Source: Thermoplasmata archaeon
Lineage (GTDB): Archaea; Thermoplasmatota; E2; JACPAO01; JAHFTW01
Length of the DNA: 64,000 nt
Assembly: GCA_034667725.1 (NCBI GenBank)
Contig: JAXDQS010000001.1
Coordinates: 109,593-173,592 of the forward strand
Direction of reading: 5' to 3'
Part shown: one piece after another, positions 1 through 9,271 of the stretch
How positions within the stretch are numbered: position 1 is the stretch's first letter
How the letters are laid out: each line of letters opens with the position of its first letter
The notes under the pieces: generated by a model
Seen by the model: the letters and a program-made list of their open reading frames with translations, nothing else
Databases searched by the model: none
What the model was told of the DNA's origin: nothing
Translations under genes and position numbers: made by a program

Positions 1-107
1 GGCGTGGTGACGTCCATGACGACCCCGCCCTTCTGCATCTTGGCGAAGCCGCGCTTGACGAGCTCCGTGCCCCAGCGCAGCGACCCAAGGTCGACCTCGC
101 GGCTCAT
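1..107 (-). CDS. pdxS: Pyridoxal 5'-phosphate synthase subunit PdxS. Only the N-terminal 35 aa lie in the window; the gene continues past coordinate 1.
   Basis: Minus-strand translation from ATG at 107 reads [35 protein letters not shown]. The KRG-A-MQKGGVIMDV block matches the PdxS N-terminus. Confidence 0.8.
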   Translation of the reverse strand, partial: MSREVDLGSLRWGTELVKRGFAKMQKGGVVMDVTT

Positions 108-232
108 TGGGCGGGCCAGGGGCTCCGCGACTTGAACGTATGGCCGCGGCCCCGACAGGAGGACTCCGAGAACAGGGGAAGAAGGGAGAGAAAGATGGAG
201 GAGGTGAGAATGCGTCCGAAGACTGCGAAGCC

Positions 233-337
233 TTACTTCTTCGCGGTCTTCTTGGACGTCTTCTTCGCCGCCTTCTTCGTGGTCTTCTTCGTCGTAGACT
301 TCTTGGCGGTCTTCTTCGCAGCCTTCTTGGTCACCAT
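233..337 (-). CDS. 34-aa lysine-rich small basic protein, [34 protein letters not shown]. It is not in the ORF track.
   Basis: The ATG is preceded by GGGGTGA 8 nt upstream. A perfect AAG/ACC/GCC codon-repeat structure sits in an otherwise 70% GC context. The plus-strand ORFs 107..382 and 132..392 are its antisense artefacts (LLRRLL repeats). Confidence 0.45.
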   Translation of the reverse strand: MVTKKAAKKTAKKSTTKKTTKKAAKKTSKKTAKK

Positions 338-653
338 GAGTGCAGTCACCCCCTGTCCACTAACTCGTGGTGCTTCGAATAAGCCTTCCTAAACGCATCT
401 TGCAACAGCCGCGCGACGGGCGCCGCGTTCGTTTGTGCGCGTGACAGGGATCAAAATCGGGCGGCTCCGACTGCCATCCTCAAGTCCTGCGCGGCCTTGC
501 AAGGCGTGCCCGCGATGACGATGTTATCCCAGGGAGAGGGCTTGATATCCCCAGAGTGATCGGAAGCTCAACGCGGAGCGGGCAACGGGAGGGCAAGGGC
601 GCGCGCATGGCCGCCGCAATCGCGGTTTTCAACCCGGCCTTGCTGGCGCGCGC

Positions 654-2315
654 ATGGGCAAGCTGGTGCTGGACCCGGTCGTGCGGGGCGAGGACGGCAA
701 GGCTGCGAAGGCCATCGCGGAGCGCATCAACCGCTTCCAGAACAAGAACACCTGGTGGCGCCACGGCCAGAACGGCACGATGGCGGAGTTCGACGCCGCG
801 TTCGAGGCCGCGATGGCGCGCGTGCGGGGCCAGCTCGGCCGCACCTACCCGCTCGTGATCGACGGGCGCGAGGTCGCCACCGCGACGACGTTCGAGACCA
901 CGAGCCCCGCCGACGGCAGCCTGGTCGTCGGCCGTTGGGCGGCGGGCACGAAGGCGCACGCGCAGGAGGCGATCCGCGCCGCGAAGAAGGGCTGGCGGGC
1001 CTGGGCCGAGCTGCCGTGGCAGGAGCGCGCCGCCATCCTGGAGAAGGCCGCCGACCTGTTCACCACGCACTTCTACGACCTGTGCGCCGTCATGTGCATC
1101 GAGGCCGGCAAGACCCGCTTCGAGGCCTCCATCGACGTCGACGAGGCCGTGGACTTCCTGCGCTACTACGCGCTCACGATGCGGGAGATGGACGGCTTCG
1201 ACGTCGCGATGGGCAAGCCGTTCCCGAACGAGGAGTGCCGCAGCGCCCGCAAGCCCTGGGGCGTGTTCGCGGTCGTCTGCCCGTTCAACTTCCCGGTCGC
1301 GATCACCGCCGGCATGGCGTCGGCGGCGCTGGTCACGGGCAACACCATCGTCCTCAAGCCGAGCGGCAAGGGCTGCCTGTCGGGCTGGTGGGTGTTCGAC
1401 CTGCTGCGCCGCGCCGGCGTCCCCACCGGGGCCATGCACTTCCTGACCGCGGGCGACCACGGCGTCAGCTCCGAGCTCTTGGAGTCCCCCGAGGTCGATG
1501 GCCTCGTGTTCACGGGCTCGAAGCGGGTAGGCATGGGCGCCTGGCAGAAGGCGGCCGCGCACGGCAGGCCTAAGCCCCTCATCGCCGAGATGGGCGGCAA
1601 GAACGCCATCGTGGTCTCCGCCAAGGCCGACCTCGACAAGGCCGTACAGGGCGTGTTCCGCAGCGCCTTCGGGTTCTCGGGCCAAAAGTGCTCGGCGTGC
1701 AGCCGGGTCTACGTGGACCGCAAGGTCGCGCCCGAGTTCCTGGAGCGCCTCGCCAAGCTCACCCAGGCCGCCCGCGTCGGGTTGCCGTGGGACAAGGAGA
1801 CCTTCATGGGCCCCGTCATCGAGCCCGCCAAGCTGAAGCTGGTGGCGGAGCTGGCGGCGGAGACGCAGCGCCACGGCGGCAAGGTCGTGGCCGGCGGCAA
1901 GCCCGTCGCGAAGGACGCTGACGGCAAGCCGCTGGCGGGCAACTACATGGCGCCCACCATCGTCGCCGGCCTCAGCCCCGACCACCGCGTGTTCTCCGAG
2001 GAGTTCTTCATGCCGTTCGTCGCGGTCGCCGAAGTGGACTCGTTCGAGGAGGGCATCCGCCACGCCAACAACGTCGAGTACGGGCTCACGGCCGGCTGCT
2101 TCACCGAGGACAAGGCCGAGGCGGAGCTGTTCTTCCGCCGCATCGAGGCGGGCGTCACCTACCTCAACCGCGCCGCGGGCGGCTCGACGGCCGCCGTCGT
2201 CAACGGCCAGGCCTTCGGCGGCTGGAAGAACTCGGGCACCACCGGCACCGGCGCCGGCGGCCGCTACTACCTCCTGCAGTTCACCCGCGAGCAGGCCCAG
2301 ACGCGGGTCCAGTAG
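654..2315 (+). CDS. Aldehyde dehydrogenase family, 1-pyrroline-5-carboxylate (L-glutamate gamma-semialdehyde) dehydrogenase-like. The start could instead be the internal Met at 780.
   Basis: ALDH fold motifs FTGS..GMGAW, the catalytic Cys in FGFSGQKCSACSR, and the EMGGKN box. Length and N-terminus are typical of RocA/P5CDH. Confidence 0.8.
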   Translation: MGKLVLDPVVRGEDGKAAKAIAERINRFQNKNTWWRHGQNGTMAEFDAAFEAAMARVRGQLGRTYPLVIDGREVATATTFETTSPADGSLVVGRWAAGTKAHAQEAIRAAKKGWRAWAELPWQERAAILEKAADLFTTHFYDLCAVMCIEAGKTRFEASIDVDEAVDFLRYYALTMREMDGFDVAMGKPFPNEECRSARKPWGVFAVVCPFNFPVAITAGMASAALVTGNTIVLKPSGKGCLSGWWVFDLLRRAGVPTGAMHFLTAGDHGVSSELLESPEVDGLVFTGSKRVGMGAWQKAAAHGRPKPLIAEMGGKNAIVVSAKADLDKAVQGVFRSAFGFSGQKCSACSRVYVDRKVAPEFLERLAKLTQAARVGLPWDKETFMGPVIEPAKLKLVAELAAETQRHGGKVVAGGKPVAKDADGKPLAGNYMAPTIVAGLSPDHRVFSEEFFMPFVAVAEVDSFEEGIRHANNVEYGLTAGCFTEDKAEAELFFRRIEAGVTYLNRAAGGSTAAVVNGQAFGGWKNSGTTGTGAGGRYYLLQFTREQAQTRVQ

Positions 2316-2323
2316 GCGCCTGG

Positions 2324-2677
2324 ATGGACTGGCGTGCGGTCGTGCTGGTGGCGGCGGGCGGGGCGGCCGGGGCCGTGGCGCGCTTCGGCGTCTCGACCCT
2401 GCTTGCGACCAAGGGCTTCCCGTGGGCGACCCTCGCGGTCAACCTCGCCGGCTGCCTTGCCATCGGAGTGCTGATGCAGCCGGGCCAGCCCGGGCACGCC
2501 ACCCGGCTCTGGGCCGTCGTCGGCTTCCTCGGCGCCTTCACGACCCTGAGCACCTACGGCTTCGAGACGTTCGACCTGTGGCGCGCCGGCCACCGCGGGC
2601 TCGCCGTCGGCAACATGCTCGCCAACGGCCTCGGCGGCCCGCTGCTGGCGGCCGTGGGTTGGCGGCTCGCCCGCTAG
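2324..2677 (+). CDS. crcB: Fluoride ion channel CrcB/Fluc
   Basis: 117 aa with 4 TM helices. GGxxGAxARF..., FPWATLxVNLxGC and GFxGAFTTxSTY motifs are typical of CrcB. Confidence 0.85.
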   Translation: MDWRAVVLVAAGGAAGAVARFGVSTLLATKGFPWATLAVNLAGCLAIGVLMQPGQPGHATRLWAVVGFLGAFTTLSTYGFETFDLWRAGHRGLAVGNMLANGLGGPLLAAVGWRLAR

Positions 2678-4149
2678 AACCCGAACAGCCCCTTCTGGCC
2701 GACGCCCGGCTTGGGGCGCGCCGGCTTCTCCTCGGCCGGCGCCTCGCCGTCCTCCGCCGGCCGCGGCTTCGCGCGCGGCTTCGGCTTGGCGGCCTCGTCG
2801 TCCGGCTTGGGCGGGTTGAGCCGTGCCTCGACGTCGGCGCGGATGCGCTTGATCGCGGCACCGGTGGCGTCCGGCCCCAGCAGGACGGCGACCTCGTCGT
2901 CGCTCATCTCCAGCTCCATCGTGGTCTGCACGGCGAAGGCGTGGTCGAGGCGGAACAGCTGCGCCACCGTCTCCACCATCTCCATGCGGGCCTTGCGGCG
3001 GCTGGTGTGGGTGTGGCGCCCGAGGTGCTCCGCAAGCTGGTCCTTGATCTGCCGACTGCCCTTGGTGCGGCTCATCTTGCTGAGCCACTGGGGGAACCCG
3101 AACGGCACGAACTCCTTGTACTCGTGGCGGCGCGCAGTCATGACGCCCAAGGTCGAAAGCTCCCCCGCGTAGGCCCACAAGCCGTAGTCCTGCGTCGACT
3201 TGGTGCGGCCAAGGAACACGTCGGCGCGGGCCAGCATCTCGTAGCCGGCCACCAGGTCGCGCGGGTCGCGGTACTCCTTCGGCAGGTTCTCGTCCACCCA
3301 CAGCACGAGGTCCTCCGGCGTTGCGTCCACCGAGTAGATCTCCGACTTGACGTCCGCGACGGCGCGGCCCTTCAGCACGTGGCGCATCAGGTCAAACAGC
3401 GAGGTCTCGGTGTCGCGGCGGCCTAGGCTCTGCGCCTCCAGCATCGTGACCCGGGTGCGCCCCAGCGAGATCGACTCCAGGTCGCGCACGGCGGCGCGCA
3501 GGTCGCCCTCGGCCCGCACCGCGATGTGCTCCAACACCTCGCGGTCCACCTGAAGGCCCTCCAGCGTCGCGATGCGGGCCAGCGCCGTCGGGATGCTGCG
3601 GACGTTGACCTTCGCGAACTTCAGCACCTCGGTGAGCCCGCGCAGCGCCGACCCCGACCCCTTCTCCAACGCGTACAGGTCGTTGACGATGAGGATGATG
3701 GGCTGCCGGGTCTGGCGGATGGTCTCGATGATGGCCGACTTGCCGCCGCGGTCGGAGAAGCTGCTGCCGTCCTCGCCCGAGTCGCTGCCCGCGCGCTCGT
3801 AGAGGTTGTCCGCCTCGTCCAACACGATGAGCTTGCGGCCGCCCGTGCTGAACGAGCCGTCGGAGCCGAACGTCTGGTGGACCGCGCCCGCCGTCGCGAT
3901 GCGCTGGATCGTGCCCGCGTTGCGCGCGTCCGAGGCGTTGAGCTCGATGACGCTCCAGCCCATGTCGTTGGCGAGCGCCAGCGCCGTGCTGGTCTTGCCC
4001 GTCCCCGGGCTGCCGGCGAGCACGATGGCGCGCTTGTCCGGGATGCCCGTGGCCCACGCCTCGGCCCACGCGCGCAGGCGGGCCACCGTGGGGCCGTTGC
4101 CGACCACCTCCTTCAGGGAGCGCGGCCGGTGCTTCTCCGTCCAGTCCAA
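2674..4149 (-). CDS. rfcL: Replication factor C large subunit (archaeal RfcL)
   Basis: N-terminal MDWTEKHRPRSL, Walker A GSPGTGKTS, and clamp-loader AAA+ boxes. The C-terminal QKGLFGF is a PIP-box-like PCNA-binding tail. Confidence 0.9.
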   Translation of the reverse strand: MDWTEKHRPRSLKEVVGNGPTVARLRAWAEAWATGIPDKRAIVLAGSPGTGKTSTALALANDMGWSVIELNASDARNAGTIQRIATAGAVHQTFGSDGSFSTGGRKLIVLDEADNLYERAGSDSGEDGSSFSDRGGKSAIIETIRQTRQPIILIVNDLYALEKGSGSALRGLTEVLKFAKVNVRSIPTALARIATLEGLQVDREVLEHIAVRAEGDLRAAVRDLESISLGRTRVTMLEAQSLGRRDTETSLFDLMRHVLKGRAVADVKSEIYSVDATPEDLVLWVDENLPKEYRDPRDLVAGYEMLARADVFLGRTKSTQDYGLWAYAGELSTLGVMTARRHEYKEFVPFGFPQWLSKMSRTKGSRQIKDQLAEHLGRHTHTSRRKARMEMVETVAQLFRLDHAFAVQTTMELEMSDDEVAVLLGPDATGAAIKRIRADVEARLNPPKPDDEAAKPKPRAKPRPAEDGEAPAEEKPARPKPGVGQKGLFGF

Positions 4150-4182
4150 CAGGACGCGGGAGGCCGGCCCCGCTCAAAGAGG

Positions 4183-4653
4183 CTACCCGACCAAGGCGTC
4201 CAGGCAGGACTCGCTGCGCGGCGACCCCTCGAGGAACTGCTCGCGGATGACCTGGAGGCTGCGGCGCTGCCCCGGCCACGGGAACCGGCGCGCCGCCTCG
4301 TCGTGGCCCACCCACTCGAAGTCGGTGTGCTCGTCCGACAGCAGCACCTCGGCCTCCGGATGGACCTCGGCGGCGAACACCGGCGTCAGCATGATCTGGT
4401 CGGTGGCGGCCAGGTAGAACCGGTTGACGTAGCTCGCCTGGTAGAAGTGGAGCGGATGCAGGCCCGTCTCCTCCTTGAGCTCCCGCAACGCCGCCGCGTA
4501 CGCCTTCTCGCCCGGCTCGATGCAGCCCGACACCATCTGCCAGGTCCCGCCCAGCCGGATGTTCGGCGCCCGCTTGAGCATCAGCCACTCCTCCCGCCCC
4601 GCCCGCCGCCGGAAGATGTGGCAGTCGACGAAGTGGGAGACGATGTCGGGCAA
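4183..4653 (-). CDS. NUDIX hydrolase
   Basis: Nudix box GCIEPGEKAYAAALRELKEETG. Confidence 0.85.
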   Translation of the reverse strand: MPDIVSHFVDCHIFRRRAGREEWLMLKRAPNIRLGGTWQMVSGCIEPGEKAYAAALRELKEETGLHPLHFYQASYVNRFYLAATDQIMLTPVFAAEVHPEAEVLLSDEHTDFEWVGHDEAARRFPWPGQRRSLQVIREQFLEGSPRSESCLDALVG

Positions 4654-4681
4654 CGCGAGCCGATGCCGCTCCTGGGCTTGG

Positions 4682-5725
4682 CTATTTCGCCCGCAGCATC
4701 TTCCCCAACCTGGCCACCGCCTCCTCGCAATCCGCCCGCGTCACGTCGCGGTGGGTCACGAAGCGCACTGTCGGCCCTGCGTCGCGGAAGTTGCCGAGGA
4801 CGCCGAGCTTCTTGGCGGCGGCCATGAACGCGGCGGAGCCCATGCCGGTGGCGGACACGTCGGCCATGACCATGTTGGTCTCGACGGCGTCCAGGTCCAC
4901 CTTCAGCCCGGGCAGCCCAGCCAATCCCTCGGCAAGCAGGCGGGCGTTGGCGTGGTCCTCCTGGAGCCGTTCGATGCCGGTGTCGAGGGCGACGAGGCCG
5001 GCGGCGGCGAGGTGGCCGGCCTGGCGCATGCCGCCGCCGAGCACTTTGCGCACGAAGCGGGCCTCGTCGATGAACGCCTTGTTGCCGCACACTAGGCTGC
5101 CGACGGGGGCGCTGAGCCCCTTGCTGAGGCAGAACATGACGGAGTCGGCGCCTTTGCAGAGCGCCGCGGCAGTGGTGTTGCTTGCGGCGGCGGCGTTGAA
5201 CACGCGGGCGCCGTCGACGTGCAGCTTGGCACCATGGGCGTGGGCTGCGTCCGCGATGGCCTTGGTCTGCTTGGAGGTCCAAGTGCGGCCGCCGGAGTAG
5301 TTGTGGGTGTTCTCGACGGCGACCAGGCGGACTTGGGAGAAGTGGGGGTCGCGGGGCAGGAAGAAGCGCTCGATGTCCTCGGGCGCGAACGTGCCGCGCT
5401 CGCCGCGCACGGTCTTGACGGCGACGTTGGAGAGCAGGCTGGCGGCGCCGCCTTCGTAGAGGCTGATGTGGCTGTTCTCCTCGCACACGATGGCGCCTTG
5501 GCGTTGGGAGTGGACCCAGACGGCGACCTGGTTGCCCATCGTGCCGGTGGGGACGAACAGGGCGGCCTCCATGCCGACGAGCTTGGCGGCCTTGGCCTCC
5601 AGCTTCTTGACGGTGGGGTCTTCGCCGTAGACGTCGTCGCCGACCTCGGCGGCCGCCATCGCCTTGCGCATGGCGTCGGTGGGCTGGGTGATGGTGTCGC
5701 TGCGGAAGTCCAGGGGTCGCGCCAT
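4682..5725 (-). CDS. ltaE: Low-specificity L-threonine aldolase (PLP-dependent)
   Basis: N-terminal FRSDTITQPT..M, VGDDVYGEDPTV and HVDGARVFNA blocks characteristic of the LtaE/GLY1 family. Confidence 0.8.
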   Translation of the reverse strand: MARPLDFRSDTITQPTDAMRKAMAAAEVGDDVYGEDPTVKKLEAKAAKLVGMEAALFVPTGTMGNQVAVWVHSQRQGAIVCEENSHISLYEGGAASLLSNVAVKTVRGERGTFAPEDIERFFLPRDPHFSQVRLVAVENTHNYSGGRTWTSKQTKAIADAAHAHGAKLHVDGARVFNAAAASNTTAAALCKGADSVMFCLSKGLSAPVGSLVCGNKAFIDEARFVRKVLGGGMRQAGHLAAAGLVALDTGIERLQEDHANARLLAEGLAGLPGLKVDLDAVETNMVMADVSATGMGSAAFMAAAKKLGVLGNFRDAGPTVRFVTHRDVTRADCEEAVARLGKMLRAK

Positions 5726-5729
5726 GGGT

Positions 5730-6008
5730 TCACTCCTGGTCCGGTTGGTCGGGGCGGTTCCAGTCGGGCTCGCGCGGCTTGCGCGGGTCGGGGCCGTCGA
5801 GCTCCGGGTCGTAGGCCCACGGGTCGCCTCGGGCCTTGCGCAGCCGTGCGCTCCAGAACAGCGCCAGCGGCGCGCCGGCCAGGACCATGGCGACGCCGCC
5901 GAAGGCCAGGCTGGTGTTCCAGGAGCCCAGGAAGATCATGCCCAGCCCGCCGGCGACGGCCCCGAGGGCGGCGTCGCGGCGGCGCTGGAGGCGTGCGGTC
6001 TCGTCCAC
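5730..6008 (-). CDS. Small hypothetical membrane protein (2 predicted TM)
   Basis: 92-aa ORF ending 4 nt upstream of the ltaE start. Hydrophobic segments GAVAGGLGMIFLG and GGVAMVLAGAPLALFW. Confidence 0.4.
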   Translation of the reverse strand: MDETARLQRRRDAALGAVAGGLGMIFLGSWNTSLAFGGVAMVLAGAPLALFWSARLRKARGDPWAYDPELDGPDPRKPREPDWNRPDQPDQE

Positions 6009-6243
6009 GCCGTGGGGACGCCGCCGCGCCTTTTTCGCCTTTCAGACGTCGCTCAGACTTCGGACAGCACCGGCTCGGGGTCGGCGTGGTGGTTGCCGTC
6101 CGCGAGGCGGCCGACCCAACGGTCGAGGTCCTCGTCGACGTGCAGGCGCATCCAGTCTTCCTTGTTGTGGGCGTGCAGGTTGGGCTGCATCGGCCCAGGG
6201 TTGCGCTGGGCGCCTTGACCCCCCTTTCGGCCAAAGCTTAACA

Positions 6244-6554
6244 TCAGGGCGGAAGCGGCTGGGAGGGGTCGAGGCCCTCCAGGATGACGAGGCGGCTGCG
6301 GGCGGAGCGCATCCGGATGGGCAGCACGGCCTGGTAGGCGGGGGAGCCGTACCATGCTTGGCGGCGGCGACGGACGGGAACTCCAGGAGGACGGTGCGGT
6401 GCAGGCCCCAGTCGCCCTCCAGGGTCTCGGCGCGGCCGCCGCGCACGACGTAGCGGCCGCCGGCGGCCATCACGGTGGGGGCGGCGCGGGCGCGGTACTC
6501 CTTGTACTCGTCCGGGTCGGTCACGTCCACGTCGACGAGCACGTAGGCGGGCAC
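6244..6554 (-). pseudogene. DUF1330-family protein interrupted by a single-nucleotide frameshift (a one-base deletion, about 6357).
   Basis: The N-terminal half (MPAYVLVDVDVTDPDEYKEY...LEGDWGLHRTVLLEFPS) is in one frame. The C-terminal half (AWYGSPAYQAVLPIRMRSARSRLVILEG) is in another. Together they reconstitute a ~100-aa DUF1330 protein if one base is restored in tgc|tt. Confidence 0.7.
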
Positions 6555-6576
6555 GCGAGGCGACTGGCGGGGAGGA

Positions 6577-6632
6577 AAAAAGCCCAGGGGGCCGCGGGCG
6601 GAAGACGCAGCGGGAGAAAGCCCGCCCGCGGC
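6577..6632 (-). terminator. Terminator-like hairpin plus T-tract downstream of the 6802..7158 gene
   Basis: On the minus strand CCGCGGGCGG...CCGCCCGCGG forms a 10-bp GC stem. It is followed by CCCCCTGGGC and then TTTTTT. Confidence 0.45.
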
Positions 6633-6801
6633 CGATCATTGGGAGGTTGGGGTCAGAGGTCCCAGACGAGGGCGGCGGGGCTGTCCAGGTCGGGGGTGAT
6701 GACGTCGATGCCAGAGGGGCCTGCGTCCATGCCTCTAGGTCAGCCTTGGCGGCATGAACCCCTTCTGGAACAGAGGTCGAACGGTTGCCGCGACCGAAAC
6801 C

Positions 6802-7158
6802 TTAGCGCGGCCGGCCCAGCCACAGCAGCGCCAGCGTCCCGGCGCTGCCGCCGACCCCGACCGGTCCTGCGACGTGGACGAGGATGGAGGTCCAGACCAA
6901 CGTGAAGCCCGCCAGCGCCAGGGCGAGCCGGTGGTGCGTGGCGCGCGTGCCGTCCTGCCGGAGGCGCCAGCCGCACCAGGCCAGCGCCGCGCCGACCGTG
7001 AGCATCACCCACCCGAGCGCCAACATGACGGCCCAGCGGTGGTCGAGCCCGCCGCGCTCCCGGAACGCGGTGGCGGTGGCAGCACCCGTGTGCAGCACGG
7101 CCACGACGACGCCGGCCGCGCCCCAGACGAGCGCGGCGTAGGCGGCGGCGCGCCTCAT
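6802..7158 (-). CDS. Small hypothetical membrane protein (118 aa, 3-4 TM)
   Basis: Its start ATG overlaps the upstream gene's stop in ATGA (7155-7158). Hydrophobic helices are present. The rest of ORF 6802..8148 is an artefactual extension. Confidence 0.5.
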   Translation of the reverse strand: MRRAAAYAALVWGAAGVVVAVLHTGAATATAFRERGGLDHRWAVMLALGWVMLTVGAALAWCGWRLRQDGTRATHHRLALALAGFTLVWTSILVHVAGPVGVGGSAGTLALLWLGRPR

Positions 7159-9188
7159 GCGAAGCGGCGGCGGATGGACACGACCGCGACCGTGAGGACC
7201 GCGGCGACCACGACGACGCCGACGCCGCCCAGGATCCAGCCGTAGGTCCAGTCGGTCGCCTTGTGCTCGACCTTGAGGTCGCCGGCGGGCCCGGCCGAAG
7301 GCGCCAGCGCGTAGCTGCTGGTGTGGCTGACCTTGACCCAGGCGATGCCGCGGCCCAGGTCGCGGCCGGCCTCCAGCACGCGCAGCTCGCCCTCGGGCGT
7401 CGTGGCGGGCACGATGCCGTCCTCGTCGGCCGCGAGGTCCACCCAGGCCTCGCCGTCCCAGAAGTGGATGCCCATGGTGGCCGCGGCGTCGGCGGGCAGG
7501 CCCTCCAGGCCCATCTCGATGGTGACGGCCTCCGGCACGGCGCTGGTGGCGTCGGGCTCGACGTGCAGGTACTTGGTGGCGTCCTCGAGCGGCAGGACCG
7601 GCACGGGCAACGCGGACGGGTCGAGGGCGACGGTGGCCTCGGCGACGATGGTGGCCGCGGCCTCGACGTGGTAGCGCAGCACGACCTTCTCGGGCAGGCT
7701 GACCCGGAGCGGCCGCAGCGGGGTGGCGCGGCCGTCGATCGGGGTCGGCAAGGGCAACGCTTCGACCGCGCACGGCAGGTCGAGGGTGACGGGATGGGTG
7801 CGGGCGTGGGTGTGGTTCCAGTCGGCGTCGGCCACGGCCTCCTCCGCCAAGCCGCAGGGGCCGGGAACGGCCGCGACGGGCGCGATGGAGCAGGCGGGCG
7901 GCGTGGAGGCCCCCGTGGTCGTCGTCATGGTCCGGGTCGTCGTCCACCCGCTCGTGGTCGGCGTGGAGGCCATGGTGGGGGACGGCCCCGGCGCGTCGCA
8001 CGTCGTGGGCATGCGCGCGTCCAGGTCCCAGATGTAGATGGGCAGCCGCTCGTCGGAGGTCGCGCCGGCCGCCACCAGCGTGCCGCTGCCGCGCGCGACC
8101 TGGAACGACAGCAAGCCGTTGGCAGGGTCCAGGATCGAGAGGTCCCACTTGCGGAACCCCTCCGGCGGCGACTCCACGTGCAGCCAGCCGGGAGCGACGG
8201 CCACGGCCAAGCTGGACCCGTCGGCGTCGGCGGCGACCGACGTGATGGCGCCGGCCTCGGCGCGCGCCACGGTGCCCTCCAGCGTCCAGGCGCCCTTGCC
8301 GTCCAGGACGTAGTGGTAGGTCATGGGCGACTCGTCCTCGCCGCTGCCGCCCACGACGAGATGGCGGCTGGAGGCGTCCAACGGCCAGGCGAACGACCGG
8401 GCGCCGGGGGGCGGCAGGAAGTGCTGCAGCGGCTCGCCGGCGCGCGGGTCGAAGGCCTGGATGCCGGTCGCCACGCTCACGTGCGCGAACAGCGTGTCCT
8501 CGTTCGCGGCCAGCGCGGTGCCGAAGGCGGGCGCGTCGGCCGGGGCCATGAAGCTGCGGGCCCAGGCCCAGCCGGCCGGGCCCTCCTCGAAGACGTGGAC
8601 GGCGCCTTCCATCGCCTCGGGCTCCGCGACCGCGGCCCAGCCGTCGCCCAGCGCCACGGCCCAGCCGTAGCTGGACGAGTGGCTGGGCACCGCCAGGCTG
8701 GCCACGTGGTCGAGGGTGCCGGCGCGCAGGTCGTAGAGGTCGGCGCGGCCGGGGGTGCCGGGGCCCGAGAACCCCACCAGGAGCCGGCCATCGCGCAGGT
8801 CCACGGCGGCCATGTCGCCCACGTAGGTCGCGTTGTGGGGGATGTCCACGGCGTCCGCCAGCCGCCAGGCGGAGGTGCGGACGTAGAGCTCCACCCGCAG
8901 CGGCGCCGAGCTGTTGGTGGCGTAGGCCACGACGACGATGGCGCCGTCGGCGGCCACTTGGGCCACGCGGCCGCCTGCCTTGGACAGCGCAGGGCTCAGG
9001 AAAGCGGCAGCCGGCTCCGGCGGGGCGTAGGGGTCGGCCGTGAAAGGCGGCGCCCGCGTGGTGGTAGTGGGGGTGGGAGTGGCCGTGGAGGTGTGCGAGG
9101 GCGAGCTGCTGGTGGTCGCCAGCACCGAGCCGGCGAAGGCAAGCAGGAGGGCGGCGGCGAGGACCGCGACCGGGCGGAGGGCAACCAT
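7155..9188 (-). CDS. Cell-surface protein: signal peptide, Thr/Pro-rich linkers, C-terminal TM anchor and RRRFA tail
   Basis: N-terminal signal MVALRPVAVLAAALLLAFAGSVLA. T/P-rich low-complexity stretches. C-terminal GWILGGVGVVVVAAVLTVAVVSIRRRFA. Confidence 0.55.
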   Translation of the reverse strand: MVALRPVAVLAAALLLAFAGSVLATTSSSPSHTSTATPTPTTTTRAPPFTADPYAPPEPAAAFLSPALSKAGGRVAQVAADGAIVVVAYATNSSAPLRVELYVRTSAWRLADAVDIPHNATYVGDMAAVDLRDGRLLVGFSGPGTPGRADLYDLRAGTLDHVASLAVPSHSSSYGWAVALGDGWAAVAEPEAMEGAVHVFEEGPAGWAWARSFMAPADAPAFGTALAANEDTLFAHVSVATGIQAFDPRAGEPLQHFLPPPGARSFAWPLDASSRHLVVGGSGEDESPMTYHYVLDGKGAWTLEGTVARAEAGAITSVAADADGSSLAVAVAPGWLHVESPPEGFRKWDLSILDPANGLLSFQVARGSGTLVAAGATSDERLPIYIWDLDARMPTTCDAPGPSPTMASTPTTSGWTTTRTMTTTTGASTPPACSIAPVAAVPGPCGLAEEAVADADWNHTHARTHPVTLDLPCAVEALPLPTPIDGRATPLRPLRVSLPEKVVLRYHVEAAATIVAEATVALDPSALPVPVLPLEDATKYLHVEPDATSAVPEAVTIEMGLEGLPADAAATMGIHFWDGEAWVDLAADEDGIVPATTPEGELRVLEAGRDLGRGIAWVKVSHTSSYALAPSAGPAGDLKVEHKATDWTYGWILGGVGVVVVAAVLTVAVVSIRRRFA

Positions 9189-9271
9189 GCGCCGGGCACC
9201 ACGCCCCCGGCTACATCACGCTTTGCAGGCTGTCGGGTGGCCACCGAACCTTAATCCACGCCGGCGATGGC

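Noticed and set aside
107-392. Plus-strand ORFs 107..382 and 132..392 (LLRRLL-rich)
   Set aside because: Mirror images of the minus-strand Lys-repeat ORF (233..337). The coding signal (SD, periodicity) is on the minus strand.
480-2063. 527-aa minus-strand ORF, and similar very long ORFs (3392..4588, 12464..16378 N-terminal part, 18796..21546, 41007..45176 upstream part, 43334..46225, 6802..8148 upstream part, 52869..56741 upstream part)
   Set aside because: They are antisense to, or frame-shifted over, genes with clear homology (aldehyde DH, RFC, alaS, secreted protein, kinase etc.). Their Arg/Ala/Gly-rich composition is typical of spurious open frames in 70% GC DNA.
6053-6190. Possible 45-aa ORF (MQPNLHAHNKEDWMRLHVDEDLDRWVGRLADGNHHADPEPVLSEV) in the gap between the DUF1330 pseudogene and the small membrane protein
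   Set aside because: No recognisable motif, no clear RBS or TATA, and it overlaps other open frames. Left as unresolved rather than called.
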